From: Lepidodermella squamata
Taxonomy: Eukaryota; Animalia; Gastrotricha
Length of the DNA: 64,000 nucleotides
Direction of reading: 5' to 3'
Assembly: GCA_047495785.1 (NCBI GenBank)
Contig: JBLDXI010000042.1
Location: 1-64,000, forward strand
A program made the translations under genes and the position numbers. How positions within the stretch are numbered: position 1 is the first letter of the stretch; every line of letters starts with the position of its first letter. The notes under the pieces are model-generated. The model worked only from the letters and a program-made list of their open reading frames with translations. It did not search any database and was not told the origin of the DNA. Of the stretch, positions 1 through 12,900 are shown in pieces.

Positions 1-55
1 ACTTTCGAACAGGAAGCTAGCACAGCTATCTTATATTTTAGTCAGCCTACAATCA

Positions 56-2444
56 TTAATCATAGACTTCAAGAGCGAATTTCGTTCCGATTCGGTTGAA
101 GTGCTGAAAATGACAAGAAACACCTCTGTCAACATTCTGAAACCGAATCTCTTTGCCGTAGCCGTGCTCAAGTGGCACGAAAGGTGTAATCTGCCCGGTG
201 CCCGGTGCGAAGTACAGGGGTGCTGGGGTGTCGCGACACCCCAGCTCGGTCCGGCGGGAGAAAATTTCGAAAATTAGTTGGAGTTTTAAGTTGTAAAAAG
301 TAGTTTGCTTCACATGGATGCTGCGTTTTTACGCAATTTCCGGCTATTCCTGACACTTAATCTTCAAAAATCTCGCAGCAAAAGCTCGCTGCGCTCGCAT
401 TCGGGTTTAAGGTTGTATTGGGGATTTTGCAACGGTGGCTAAATCAAGGTTCGACTATCGACCCTGATAGTAATTGGTAATTTTTATAGAAACCATATGT
501 TTTAGACCAGTGTTCCGCATTATCTCATTTATCTCCGTTTATCTTGCCTTGCCGTTTTTATGAGATTTCAGACCCTCCTACAGGGTAAATTTTTAAGAAA
601 TTTCTCGCTCCGCTCGAATGTATGGCCGAAATTACTGGCAATTTTGAGATATGCAGCACTTTATTCTCAATCCTGTCAGTTCCAGCACTGCTTATTAGCG
701 TCTTGAGTTGATTGTTGATTATTGAGTTTTATTAATTTTGTTGATTTCGAGCTTGTAAGATAGTAGATAATTCCGTGGGTTGCCAGCCGCCAAAATGGTT
801 AAATGGGTTTCATGGGTTAAAATTACAGCTAATTTTCCCCCATGTCGAGTGAATAATATCGATTTCGCGAGCGAGCGTAGCGAGCGAGCGCAATTTTTGT
901 GGATCTTAACATAGGAACACACCAGCTCGAAAATCCTACTTCGCACACTGGGCACGATTTCACCCAAACCACACACGCCAAACGTACAGTTTATACAAAT
1001 GTGTCTCACAGTGGGCTGCAGGCTGTAGAATGACGCCATTTCGCCAAAACCACTCCGCGCAATCACGAGTTCATCCATGCGTGTAAGAGCGTGGAAGTCG
1101 AGAAATGTCCGCGCGTAGAACAGCCAGTGCTCTCCTTCATCTTTCGGTGCACTTAATTCAGAGTGATGGGCCTCGAGTTCAGGGCATCGATCGCTCGTTG
1201 ATACGATGTCGATTTCGATCGATCGATCATTGACTTTTTGTAAAATCGATTTTTCTATAACTTGACGAGTTTCCTTCAACATCTTGTCTGTTGTTAGAAA
1301 AATGATAAATTTCGATCTATTAGCAGCTAAAATTTGGTTAGCAACCATATCGCCGTAACATGAGACTTCTTCAGGCTGCATGTATAATTCTTCACCGTCA
1401 CCCAATCGAACTTGAACCCCGATTTTGTAAGATTCGTTCCACCTGGCTGCATCCATCATTTAGACAATGGTGGAATAGTTCCGCCAATTCATCACGCGGG
1501 CGAGGTAGCAAAATCCTAAACGCTGTTGTGACTAAGAAGGATCCATCGATTCTCAAAGCTGAAGTTCGATCGATAATAGGCTTCAAAATTTGCCGAAAAA
1601 ACGAGTTTACGTCCGGATTCTTCATCAATGCAAAAATTGGAACCATTGAATTTGTGTTGAACGATGCAAGATCGATTTTCTCAATGTATTGCATAAAGCC
1701 GGTGTCATTGATCATCTTGTAAATTTCAGCCTCTCCTCGGCTGTTCAGCAATCTGAAAATTTGCGTTGAATTTTCGACATTTTTCACGATTTCTTCCAAT
1801 TTTCTGTTGTCGTATAAATCGACTGGGAAATATTCAGTTAGCAGATAAGGAGTTGACCAATTTAAAATAAATGACCGACGGAGGGCTATCGATAGATAAA
1901 AGGTCCCTATAAGGCCTCGCAGGCGATCGGCAAATCCTCCACAAACATATCCATCAATGCATCGGAATTCAATAATCTGTGAAAATTCGAAAATCGGCGG
2001 TAAAATTCAAAACTAAAATATTGACTGTAACATAAATTCTAATCTTACCTTTGGCTGCGAAAATTGAGGCGAATCACTCAATGATTGCCGGATTTCCGTT
2101 ATAAATTCTCGCTGTATAATTTCATCTAGAATATCAGCCTGCTTGTTTCTTAGTTCAAGGTCATTCCGGTAGTCTGAAATAGATGATGAATCATCAAAAC
2201 CATCAGACGCTTTGCTGAACAGTTTTTCGGCCGAAAAATCGTCAGCATCCTTGAACCTCGAAAATGTGTGGAAAACGACTTTACTCGAACAATTCCATTT
2301 GTAGACTGCAACAACAACGGTGGTGGCAGAGATGAGCGATAATTCAGGTTTCGTATTCGCATACACCGAACCTTGGAAGATCGAGTAAATCCTTAGGTAG
2401 AAAACAGTAAGAAAATGAACAAGATGAATACGCTGAGAATCATG
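56..2444 (-). pseudogene. Fucosyltransferase-superfamily gene copy FUT-1 (alpha-1,2/1,6/O-FucT-like), disrupted
   Basis: Motifs CGGFADRLRG, IGVQVRLGD (motif I), IFLTTD (II), DFHALTRMDELVIARSGFGEMA (III). Intron 1977-2048. +1 frameshift near 1460 versus the paralog at 40057-41217. hAT-type insertion (181-950) splits the C-terminus (GEIV|PLEHGYG). 5' start uncertain. Confidence 0.75.
181..950. mobile_element. Non-autonomous hAT-like element inserted in the last FUT-1 exon
   Basis: Right end TACTTCGCACACTG matches the MITE family TIR; left end is degenerate (CGGTGCGAAGTAC near 203). Target duplication GGCACGA at 174-180 and 951-957. Paralogs are contiguous at this point. Confidence 0.75.
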
Positions 2445-3599
2445 AAAAAATAAACACGTTTTTTTTTATAAAAATAATGAAATTGCAAAGGAAAAAAGGT
2501 GTATCAAAGAACAACAGCTGAGAAACTTAATGATCATAACGACTTATTACAAACTATGACATCAACCGAGCCATGGGTCAAATCAACAATTTCGCGAACG
2601 ATGGCGAAATAGTTAATACAAGAATAATTTGCAAGATTGTTGTGCGCCGTGCAAATGACATTGCTTCAATTCAATATTCTGCTTCCTTTGGTAATTTCAG
2701 CGAGCTGTCGCATAAGTTGGAAGCACATCGAAGATGATCCGCTGCCAATCGGTCTTCGAACCGACGATTTCGGATTTCGTACCCGAGATGGGCAGTTAAG
2801 ACGAAAGATTCTTATATGAACCAACATTCAGTGTCTGCAAGCTTCGTTGCAACTTCACCTACTTCATTGTATACGATGCGGCCCGCCAGAAATGCGCCTT
2901 TGAATACGGCTCATGCCGCGAAACATACGTATGCGGCCTGTCTTTCCTCTCGTTTGCGTTGTGTCGCAAAACTTGCGTTCGGGAAAGCAACTCATCGTGG
3001 AACATATCCATGCTTACCTTTGGAAATAATAACATTGAAAATGGTGTTTAAATTCAACTCGGATCAGTTGATATCTGAAACGTTGTCATATTCTCTGGAA
3101 TTAATTGTTAGTAAAACATTCGCCCGCACAACATTGATATACAGAATTAGAAAACTCGCCAGGGTTGGGGTTTATACAGACATTTCAAAATTCGGTTTAT
3201 ATGCACATAATGCAAAAATGGGTATTTTACTCAAAGCTCTCCTTAACCGTATCCCTAGTTGCATTTTAAGTTGCACCACGTGATTCTGCGTGAAAAACCG
3301 CATAGTTTGATGTGCGACGGAGAGAAAAATAGGTAGGTCAGTGTATTTTTGTGCACGTCTAACTCCGCCGGGCTCGGGCATTGGCATGGTACCCGAGCGA
3401 AAAGAGCGATGGTCTTACGCATGGTTGTTGAGGTCCACGCCAAATTTAGGGGTTCCACACTAGGACAGTCCAATTACGGCGAGAACCCAACGTTTTCGCC
3501 GTGCTCGGGCCGACACCTCGACTGGCACGTGTGCAGTTTTTTTTAAATCCTCAATCATTGTGCACGACATCGCGAGCTTTGCAATCGTAATAATTTATA

Positions 3600-3882
3600 C
3601 CATTTTAATGTGTATAAAATGCCATCCCTGTGAATTGCCATGTTGATGACCACAAGGTGAAATCCACATCGAGGCATCCGAATCTGATATCGTAAAATTC
3701 ATGGCGATTATGCACATTTCAGAAAAACCGATTTTCGATAATCGATATCGATTGATTATTGATTTTTGGCCAATTACTTTTCCCCGACCGGGAAAATAAA
3801 TCCAGATTTGGATTCGATGTGGATTTCACCTTGTGGTCAACATGGCAACTCACAGGGATGGCATTTTATTCACATTAAATGG
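3600..3882. mobile_element. Nested MITE with ~70-bp TIRs
   Basis: 3601-3672 (CATTTTAATG...CCACATCGA) is inverted at 3814-3882. Confidence 0.7.
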
Positions 3883-4029
3883 CGATTTATTTTATATATT
3901 GTCGACATTTCACGATTGTCGACTTTAAATGTGACATATCCACCTTATTCGGGGTCTGCGTCTTGGTGCTATCCATCCGAATGGAGGAGTCCAGGTGTAA
4001 ATCTTATTTAGAAGGCTGTCTTCTTCGTA

Positions 4030-4850
4030 TTCTCTAGATCCAATGACTTGCCCTAAATATCTAAGGCGCTGTTTTTCGCTGGCAGATGAGGCTTGAACTG
4101 GACCGCAATAAAGATATAGTTGAAGAAGCATGGCGCACGGCTCAGGAACGGCTAGAACAACCAACTTTTTCTAATAAATTGGAGCAGGTGATGGACCAGA
4201 AATTAATTGATGTAGATTGGACAGCTTCAGCTGAGGATGTGTGGCCAAAACTAAAGACGCTGGAGGCGGAAAGTACAAAATTCTGCGGGAAAAAACGAGT
4301 TAGGAAAAATGGTAAGCGAACTAGGTGGTGGGGCAATAAAACTAGGAAAAAAGCAGCGGCGAAAAAGCGGAAATTTAAACTGTTCGCGAAGGGAAGGAAA
4401 CGGTTAGATGCACTCGGCGTTGCTACAAGCGCAGATGTGGAGAAAATGTGGGACGTTTACGTTTAAGAGCGAAAAGAAGGTTATAAGTTATAGAACAGGC
4501 TAAGGACGATGTCAAAAATCTCAGAGATAAGCCTCAGGAAGCACAGTCGTTCTCCTGGCATCTAAAAGCTTCTCTAACTAAGGGTCGGGCAAGCATGCCT
4601 ATAAAATTGTAATAGAAGACGAAATGGGAGTATTTTATCCCGCAAAATTTAAGTAGCCGACAGATGGAGACGTTATTTTATGGGAGTTGTAGATGGGGTG
4701 GAAATCTTAGGTGAGAAAATCAATAAATTGAACGAAAATTCAGAATTTTCTAGTAATTTTGAAACGCGCGTCATTAAACCAATAACACGCAACGAGATTC
4801 AGCTCGCAATTTCAAAGGAAAGACGACTTGTTCAGGGTGATGTATGCGCT
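4030..4850 (+). pseudogene. Degenerate LINE ORF2 fragment (linker between endonuclease and RT)
   Basis: W..LK.....FCGKKRV....RWW...K...AKKRKFK and ITRNEIQLAISK resemble LINE ORF2 inter-domain regions; broken by stops and frameshifts. Confidence 0.55.
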
Positions 4851-5444
4851 GGGCGCCCCTCAAGAGGTATGCCAATTACGGTATTTTCTTGACACAGTCA
4901 GAGCTTATTACGATGGCAAAGCTCGCGATGTCGTGCACAATGATTGAGGATTTAAAAAAAACTGCACACGTGCCAGTCGAGGTGTCGGCCCGAGCACGGC
5001 GAAAACGTTGGGTTCTCGCCGTAATTGGACTGTCCTAGTGTGGAACCCCTAAATTTGGCGTGGACCTCAACAACCATGCGTAAGACCATCGCTCTTTTCG
5101 CTCGGGTACCATGCCAATGCCCGAGCCCGGCGGAGTTAGACGTGCACAAAAATACACTGACCTACCTATTTTTCTCTCTGCCGCACTCGTTGCAACGCCA
5201 GGATATAGTGAGGGGTGAGAGCTACTTTCAGACTGAGCTTTGGATGACATCAAATGAAAAGCATCGACTAAAGCATCTCTAAAGCAGCCAAAGTAATTAA
5301 AAAAGACTCCAGGACATCGCACTGCATGGGCGAAACGAATGGATATCATGAGACATTTTATTCCTGTTTCATCACGCTTATATCACATTTTCTCACAATC
5401 TGGCTGTTCTTTCACTCGTAATGCGTACGGCTCGTTAAGGGGGT

Positions 5445-8400
5445 TTACAGAATGTCTCCAAGAAATTGTCGCTGACAAAGTGTCTTCGCTTGAGCCCAAC
5501 AGCTGGCTGTAGTCAGATTCCCGCTAGTCGTGAGTTGGACGCCTGAAAAACTCGAATAGACAAATTCAATTGCTGTAATTCCAGCTCTTACATTGGCCCC
5601 CACTTGACTCGCCGGCATTCCAGCGCCCAGTTGGAATATCGCCTTCTGCATTTATCCACGCGTAGGAACTAGCGTCACTCGATAAACGGCGACCAGCTAT
5701 CCACAACGGGCCGTTGTACCCACCGTTTTCATCAATTGCCTGCAACGCTGCGTCGTACAAAGCTTTATCCTTCAGAATTGCCAATTTCTTGTGATCGTTA
5801 GCCTCGCAGTAGGTTAAAGCTACGTCCCAGGTCATGGTGGAGCTTATAACGGCGTAGTATCCCTATTTCGCGATAAAACCTCAAATATTCTCGAAGCAAT
5901 TTTAAAAAATTACGTCCGTCGTTTCGCAAAGAATGCCGAGATTTGAGTTGCATGGATTGGCGTTGAAGCCTTCGCGAGCTTCGAAGTAATTCAATGTCAG
6001 ACCTATGAGTAAAGCCTTGAATTAATCGATGCTTGACAGGCTATCAACTCACATTCTCCATCACCTGGCTGGTCGGGCTCGAAACCAGCTGGAATGCCCC
6101 TCCATTCCACTGGTGAATCGTTAATCCACGTGAACGGGGACGCGAAACCGATGAATGTAGGCTCGGAGATCAGTGCCTTCGCTGCGTCGAAATCAGCTTG
6201 GGTTCGGAGGACAGCGGGTCGGAACCATTTGCTGAAGCAATAATTGATCCCACCAAAGAAAGTTCCCGAATCCGGTGACAGGTTGTACTTGGCTATTGGG
6301 AAGGCACTGAGAAGCTTTTTCGTGGTTAATCATCTAATTACCAATTTCGCAGTTGTCGCCCATCCAGCCTCCGGCGCAGCTGCATCGACCCGCGTCGAAG
6401 CACTTGCCCGGCTCGGGGTTAATGCACTTCGCGTCGCACGGTGCTGATAGAGATTTCGAATTCAAATATTAGTTGGATGACTAGCTCTTCAACTTACCAA
6501 CCGATCGCTCGCAAATCATTTTCGCCTTCGAAGTCACTACATCGGTTTTCAGCTCGCCATCGGACGTCAGTTTCACCCCTTGACCGAATAATCAATTTTC
6601 AGACTCTTTACATTCGAATACTCGCGATTAATTTGGTCTAAAAACGTACCGGCGTTTTGTTTCAAGGCCGATGGTTCACCAGATTTCCAAGTGATTCCAG
6701 TGCTATTGGAGATATCATTCCCATTTACCCATACAAAATTTGTTGGTTGGGAACGGATCGCTCCAATAGCGGCTAACTGCTGCCCTCCCGAGCCAGCGTT
6801 CATCTTACTTATCGCATCGCTGTAGGAGTCGAAATCGTCCAGCAAAGGCGAGTACATCCACTTCGGTGAGCATCTGCTTTTCGCTTCTTGCAAGGTGATA
6901 GCTTCATCAACGGAGTATCGACGAACCCTTTCCTGAACATGGAATCGACGTTGAAATCTTTAGAATGCTGGCTTCAGATTAGACCTCCGAAGTTTCGGAA
7001 GTTAAAGGACTCACCTGATCGTCCTGGCATAGGTAGAACGAGAAAGTCGCGTTATTGCAGTCTACATCGCGAAACCCATTTTCCGAGGCATTGTTTGAGT
7101 TCGAAAACAGAGCTACGCCTATAGTAGCAAGCCGATGACGGAAAGCTGTGATTTATGACTGAAACTTACAATCCCCGGCGCCGCTCGGGTATCCAGGTGA
7201 CCACGACCCTCTCGCAAGCCAATCGACATTGGTCGAGTGGCGATCTTCCCACGTGAAGCTAGCCATTGCCCCGAGCCACGCTTCACTGAACCCGCCGTCA
7301 GCTATTATCTTCTTCACCGCATTGACATCGCTCTGGGTTTTGAGAACCGCTGGGCGATCGCCGTTTGCCTGGCAATATTTCGAATAGCTGCTGAAATCAG
7401 TTGGAGCAGCTGATGGCATGTAAAACTTGGCTGTTTGAGGATAATTTCTCTATCAGAACGATTTCAGCCCAAGTAAGAGGCTTTACCTAAGCTGCAATTA
7501 GCGCCGTAGTAGCCGTCGATACAGCTACATACATTTCCTGAGCTGCAAGTTGCCGTTGGTGGGCACGGTGGATTGCAAGCGACTAATTCAATGGAAAATT
7601 GAATAAGAGATAGAAAATATCGGGAACTTTCAAGTAAAGTAAAGTAAGTAAACTTTGTGCGATTTTGGACCTAGAGCTGCCAGGAATGAACAACAATTTA
7701 TTGGCGAAAACGAATAGTGGTTTCAGCCCTTAATTAATTAATAAGAAAATCTTACTTATTTCACACAAATTGCCAGTGTGAGTAGCTGGGCATTTGCAGG
7801 TCCCAGCCGTCTTGTTGAATGTGCCTCCATTCAGACACGGGGATTGTTCCTAATAATATAAAGGATCACTTTAAATTTTCCATTTTCCCCAAAGATAGAG
7901 ACTTCACCTTGCTCAGATCGGCCAGGCAGTTAGCGTAATTTTCCGCGAACCTCGTGGAATTATTGAACAGCTTTACCTAAGTGAGCAGTATCCGAATATT
8001 ACCAGTCGGGAAACTTGAAAAAAAATAATACCAAGTTTGCTCCTTTGGGGCAGAAGTTGTAGCAAGTGACGTTACCAGAACTGTCGCATTGAACAGCTTG
8101 CTGTTAAGAAATCGAGAGTCATATTGAATTGCCAGGCAATTTATTTAAAAAGCTCACCCCTGTCTCGCAGTTCTCCTTGAAGCGATAGGTCAGAAACGAA
8201 TACGCAGTTGTTTCGTTCGAGGCGCACTTCGTTGAATCGAGTCGGCAGCCTACAAAAGAACGCGTGTCTTTGTTGAAGCAGCGAACTTGCGGCTTGTAAT
8301 CATCCGGAACTTGCACTGAAAAACGGAGCAAAGCGCCAAGGCTTTTCTTGGCGGAATAAAGACGGAGCTAACTCATCCCGTTCAGGCAAGGTTGTAAGCT

Positions 8401-9620
8401 ATTGAAGCCTGGTTGTGACAACTGTGAAAAAATTCAGGCAAATCAGAGGCAAACAGACGGCGAATGTCATCATACGGCGGTATTAGCCGGGCAGTTTACT
8501 GACGAGGGAACGCAGGTTACGATGATTCCACTGCCAGACGAGCAACGCGTGAAGGCTTGGTTCTGCGTGGATATTAAGAGTCTGACGTAGGATTTTCATA
8601 GAAAAATAGGATCACTTACTGCAAAATTATCAATCGCCTGTTGGCACAGCGCCAAATTCTGCTTTATATAAACCGAGGCGTAATTGAATCGTTTTATCTA
8701 CGAACGAAAATACTGCAAATTAATGACGAATTCGAATTTTAACTCGTTAGCGCCCAGACCTAGTTTCCTGAGGCCCCTAACTATGAAGCTTCCTACAAAT
8801 AGAGTTTAAAGGCTAATTAGAGCAACAAAGTGTCAATTTTTTTTAGCGCAAAAAAATTCTTTTTTTTTCAGTTTGGAACGGTTGAACCGAGAGTTGAGTT
8901 GAACTTGTGAGTCGGATCAAAGTTCGAGCTTTGTGCATTTGAAGTCTGGAAATCATCATCTCCAAGCGGTGCAAATTAACTCGGGTTACGAGGCTACGGG
9001 AATTATCGGATCCCCAACCTCGAGATTCGAGGTTTCTCAGCAGAAAACTTTGAAAAAACCACCGAGGGACCTTTTGTACAGATAAATTTGAGACTGAAAA
9101 TGTAATCAATAAATTCCCAAACTCTAAACGTGATGCTACTAGTTATTTTGGGATTCATTCTAAATTTAGTGTTAGGGGGTTAAAAACTATTATTTTAAAT
9201 GCCCCTAAGGTGGCCTTTAGTTACCTCAATTTCCTCAGCGGGAAGAGGAATAATTCCTGGCCGGCAGATAGGAGTCAGGGCCTTGTACTTGTAAGCCAAT
9301 CTTGCAGCCTAGGAAGGCATTATTTCAGATCGAGAAATGTAGGGCAGCAAATAACATACCCCTTGCATGCACAATTGATAGCTCACAAACTTGGCGTTCC
9401 CGATCTAGATGTTAAAAGATTTAACGCAGCCCTTCTGGAAGACAGAATCTCGTACCTGGGTTTCCATCGTTATACTACAGCCGGCTGTTAGCCTTCGGCA
9501 ATCCACGAAGTTGCTGTCAAATTGGGAGAAACATCGAATGAAATCCTGGCCGGCTGCAACATCAAAGCAAAGGGCGACAATAAGAACCACAATCAATTCA
9601 ACAGTGTTTAAATTAGCCAT
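5445..9620 (-). CDS. Lectin gene A: signal peptide + 5 four-Cys modules + 2 EGF + 2 CTLD + EGF + 2 CTLD (multi-exon, apparently intact)
   Basis: Signal MANLNTVELIVVLIVALCFDVAAG. EGF-like exons PCLNGGTFNKTAGTCKCPATHTGNLCE, CNPPCPPTATCSSGNVCSCIDGYYGANC and CDAKCINPEPGKCFDAGRCSCAGGWMGDNCE. CTLD signatures WLGA/WIAG...W.N/D...ICE/LCQ. GT-AG introns of compatible phase traced by eye to TAA at 5445. Confidence 0.8.
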
Positions 9621-9763
9621 CTTCTAAACTTCACCGATTGAAATGAGATGTCATTAGGAAATATAGAGAGAGAGAAGCTGTTTGTTTTATTGTTTCAAAA
9701 GAAATAAAAAGCACCGGCCACGGTTGGGCTTTGGGCGCACCACAAATATCAAAACTCTTTGGC

Positions 9764-9830
9764 GATATAACATATAGATATAACGTATAACGTATAGATA
9801 ACATATAGATAGATATAACATATAGATAGG
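9764..9830. repeat. (GATATAACATATA)-like low-complexity repeat upstream of gene A
   Basis: Imperfect tandem repeats read directly. Confidence 0.6.
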
Positions 9831-9978
9831 CGTCGAGAGGTATACGCGTGCGTCGTTCGAAATATATTACAGATTCAGACGTCACAATCACACGTGCAGA
9901 TAATATAATTTAATATAATTTATGAGAGCGATATTTTACTTACATTTATTTTAACCAAAATCAAGGACCCAGTCAGAA

Positions 9979-12900
9979 TTAGGTAGTTAAGGTAGAAGGA
10001 TATATATGTAGCTTTAACGTCGTACGGTAACTGTAGGCGAGAGATAGTATTTTTGAAAGATGGGCAGAGCCGCTGGATTCGCAACGAATTATTGAATTGA
10101 TAATGTCGCGTTTATCGGGTTTTATTTCGGCGTTATTAATATTATATAGCAATGGCAAGTGGTTACATTCTACATATAGGTGTGTTAGCAATTCGACAGA
10201 GTCCGAGAAGCTATTTAGAGATAGGGCGGGATTATTACTATTTTTCAAGCAGAAGATACATCTAAGGCCGAAGTTATTTATGTAGCAAAACGGTTTGTGT
10301 ACGGAATTAGTTCTGATCATCGCTAGAGTTTGAATATTTTTAATTGACCAGAAAGCTTGCCGCGTACTAGAGTATATTAATAGTTTGTCGAATTTCTCTT
10401 CAGAGTAGACAGGATTTTGGTAGAGCGATTTCAGAGAAGAGGCCGTCGAAAATTTATCATTTTCGACCCATTTCTCGTACCATCTCTCAAGCAGGGCTAG
10501 GCCCTCAAATTTAGATGTAGCGTTAAAAATTTCTTTTCCGCCTAATTTTTCAACATCTTCTGGTAAATTTTTGAAGATGTGTTTATATAGATTTTTGTTA
10601 GAATCAATTATTTCGAAAGCAGTCTTCAGCAGGATATGGTTGTCCTCGAATTTTAGTTTAAGAAAGTGACGAATAGCTGTTTTAGTGAGGATCAGGCTTG
10701 GAGGATCTAGATAGAATTCTCGTTTCACGAGCTCGTCCCTCGCCGCAGCGGGTATTCGGCAGAGCTGTTTTACGAAATGAGTATTGAAAGGAAAAATTTT
10801 GCCCTTTTTTGATTGACCCCAAAATCCTCCAGCATAGGAATAGTTGCTAACCAGATATGAATTATAGAGAAGATGAAACGTTTTGGGTGGTAAATATGTG
10901 GTGAACCGATCGATCATGTTGGGTATAAAAGCGGCAATTCTTTTCGCATTCGCATTGACAACCTCCACCATTTTATCAAAGTTCAAATTATTAGTAAAAT
11001 AAACTCCTAGATATTTAAAATCTTTAACTCTTTCGAGTTGTTCGCCGTTTAGATAAAATTTTAATTGATTATTTTCAACAAATTTTTTTTCGAAAATCAA
11101 GATTTTTGTTTTATCGACGTTAATTATTAATGAGTTTTCTTCAGCATAAGCTACTAGCTCGTCCAGGAGGCTCTGCAGCTGCTCGGGGCTTTCTGCCAGT
11201 AGGACCAAGTCATCGGCGTATAGGATTGCCAGGACTACATATTCGCCGAAGGTCAAGCCAGGAAAAACTTTCATTAGGTAAGGTATAAGATCGTTTATAA
11301 AAATCGAAAACAGAAGTGGCGATAATGGGTCACCCTGTCGGACTCCCACGTTTGACTTTATTGGCTTATCGAATAGGATAGTCGATTTCATTCTAAGCAG
11401 CAACGTGTTGTCGGCGTACATGTTCCTAATCACCTCAATGAAGGACGAAGGCAGTCCTATTTTTCTGAGCTTCTTCATCAAGAGAGCACGGCTAATTTTG
11501 TCGAACGCATTTGAAAAATCTACGAAGGCAGTGTATACTTTCTTTTTCCTAGTGAGGTAAAAAGCCACTATGGCGTAGAATAGAGTACACGCATCTACTG
11601 TGCCTATTTTTGGCGTGAATCCGAACTGTTCGGGTCGCAATATATTTTTAGCCGTGCACCATTCTCGCAAGCGTTTCTCTAGGATACTTGAAAATATTTT
11701 GGCAAATACGGACAGAAGTGAGATAGGTCTATAATTTTTAGGATCTAGTCGGCTGTTTTTCTTATAAATGGGGATCAGCAATGCTTTGCGCCAGCATTCT
11801 GGGTATTCTCCCGTTTCCAGGATCTTAGTATATAAAACTGCTAGGAAGGGATATAGTCCTCGCTTACAGCCGTCTAATTTCAGACATTCGTAGTCAATCT
11901 GGTCTATACCCGCACTAGAACTGGATTTAGCTTTGGCTACAATTAATTCAATTTCTACTACTGATACTGGTTTTACGAGAGCTAGGTCATGTGGGTCGTT
12001 CGTTGCCCGTGCCGCAGCTGTTGGAGACGTAGGGCTAGCCGGCCCCGTTGTTGAGGCTGTGAAAAGCTGACTGAAAAAGCTAATTATTTCGCTGGCATCA
12101 GGCATCTCGATGTTGGTTTCAATGCTCTTCAGGCGATTTAGTTCTTTTGCTAGTTTGAAAAAATCGGCCGGGTGTGTCTCAATTAATTCGGCAAATTCTA
12201 CGGCCTCCGCTTGCAGTCTACCTTCATGCTGTTCTTTTTTCGAGCGGAGTAACTGTCTATATTCTACTTCGTGTCTGTCCATATCAGCTTTGTATAGCGG
12301 ATTTGAAGGATGTCTAAGAGCTAATTTCCTGGATTTTCTAATTAATTCGCGTTTGGTTTGACATTCGTCGTCGAAAAATGATAAATGCTCAGAGATTGCT
12401 TGCTTCTGTTTTTTAACGTACAGGGCCCTATTGCCGGTTCGATACAATTTCAAGATAAGTGAATTCAGATTATCGTTCTGCTCACGCTCATCGACCTCAA
12501 ATCTCTCCCATAGTGATGCGAAATAGCACTTATTGACTCGAAAGTTAATCTGATTATTCGGAATATTGTTATCATCGTCATCATTCGCGAAATTTAGCCC
12601 TGCGTTCACTGTAAGGCAGATTGCATAGTGATCAGAGATCCCCTCACTTGTAATTACTTCGAAGTCATGAATTTTATCGCTCAGGGTCTCCGATGCCAGG
12701 GCGTAGTCAACTACGGTGAAGGCCTGTTTATGATTTTCTCCCAATTTCTTATGTGTAAATTCACCGAGTTCGTCCGACGTTGTCGTGCCGTTGACAATAT
12801 AGAGGCCCATTTCATCTAGTTTTTCGAAGAAATATTTACGATTAGAGGCACTTGATTTCGATAATTCCATATCTCTCGATTTTCTCGGCGGAATTTGGTT

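Larger units (their letters stand above)
3312..5186. mobile_element. Foldback/long-TIR element (~280-bp inverted repeats) with internal cargo
   Basis: 3312-3593 is a near-perfect reverse complement of 4905-5186 (mirror ORFs 3349..3546+ and 4952..5149-). No clear TSD. Confidence 0.8.

Noticed and set aside
2637-3283. ORFs 2637..2819 and 2816..3283
   Set aside because: No recognisable motifs or splice structure; possibly decayed TE sequence.
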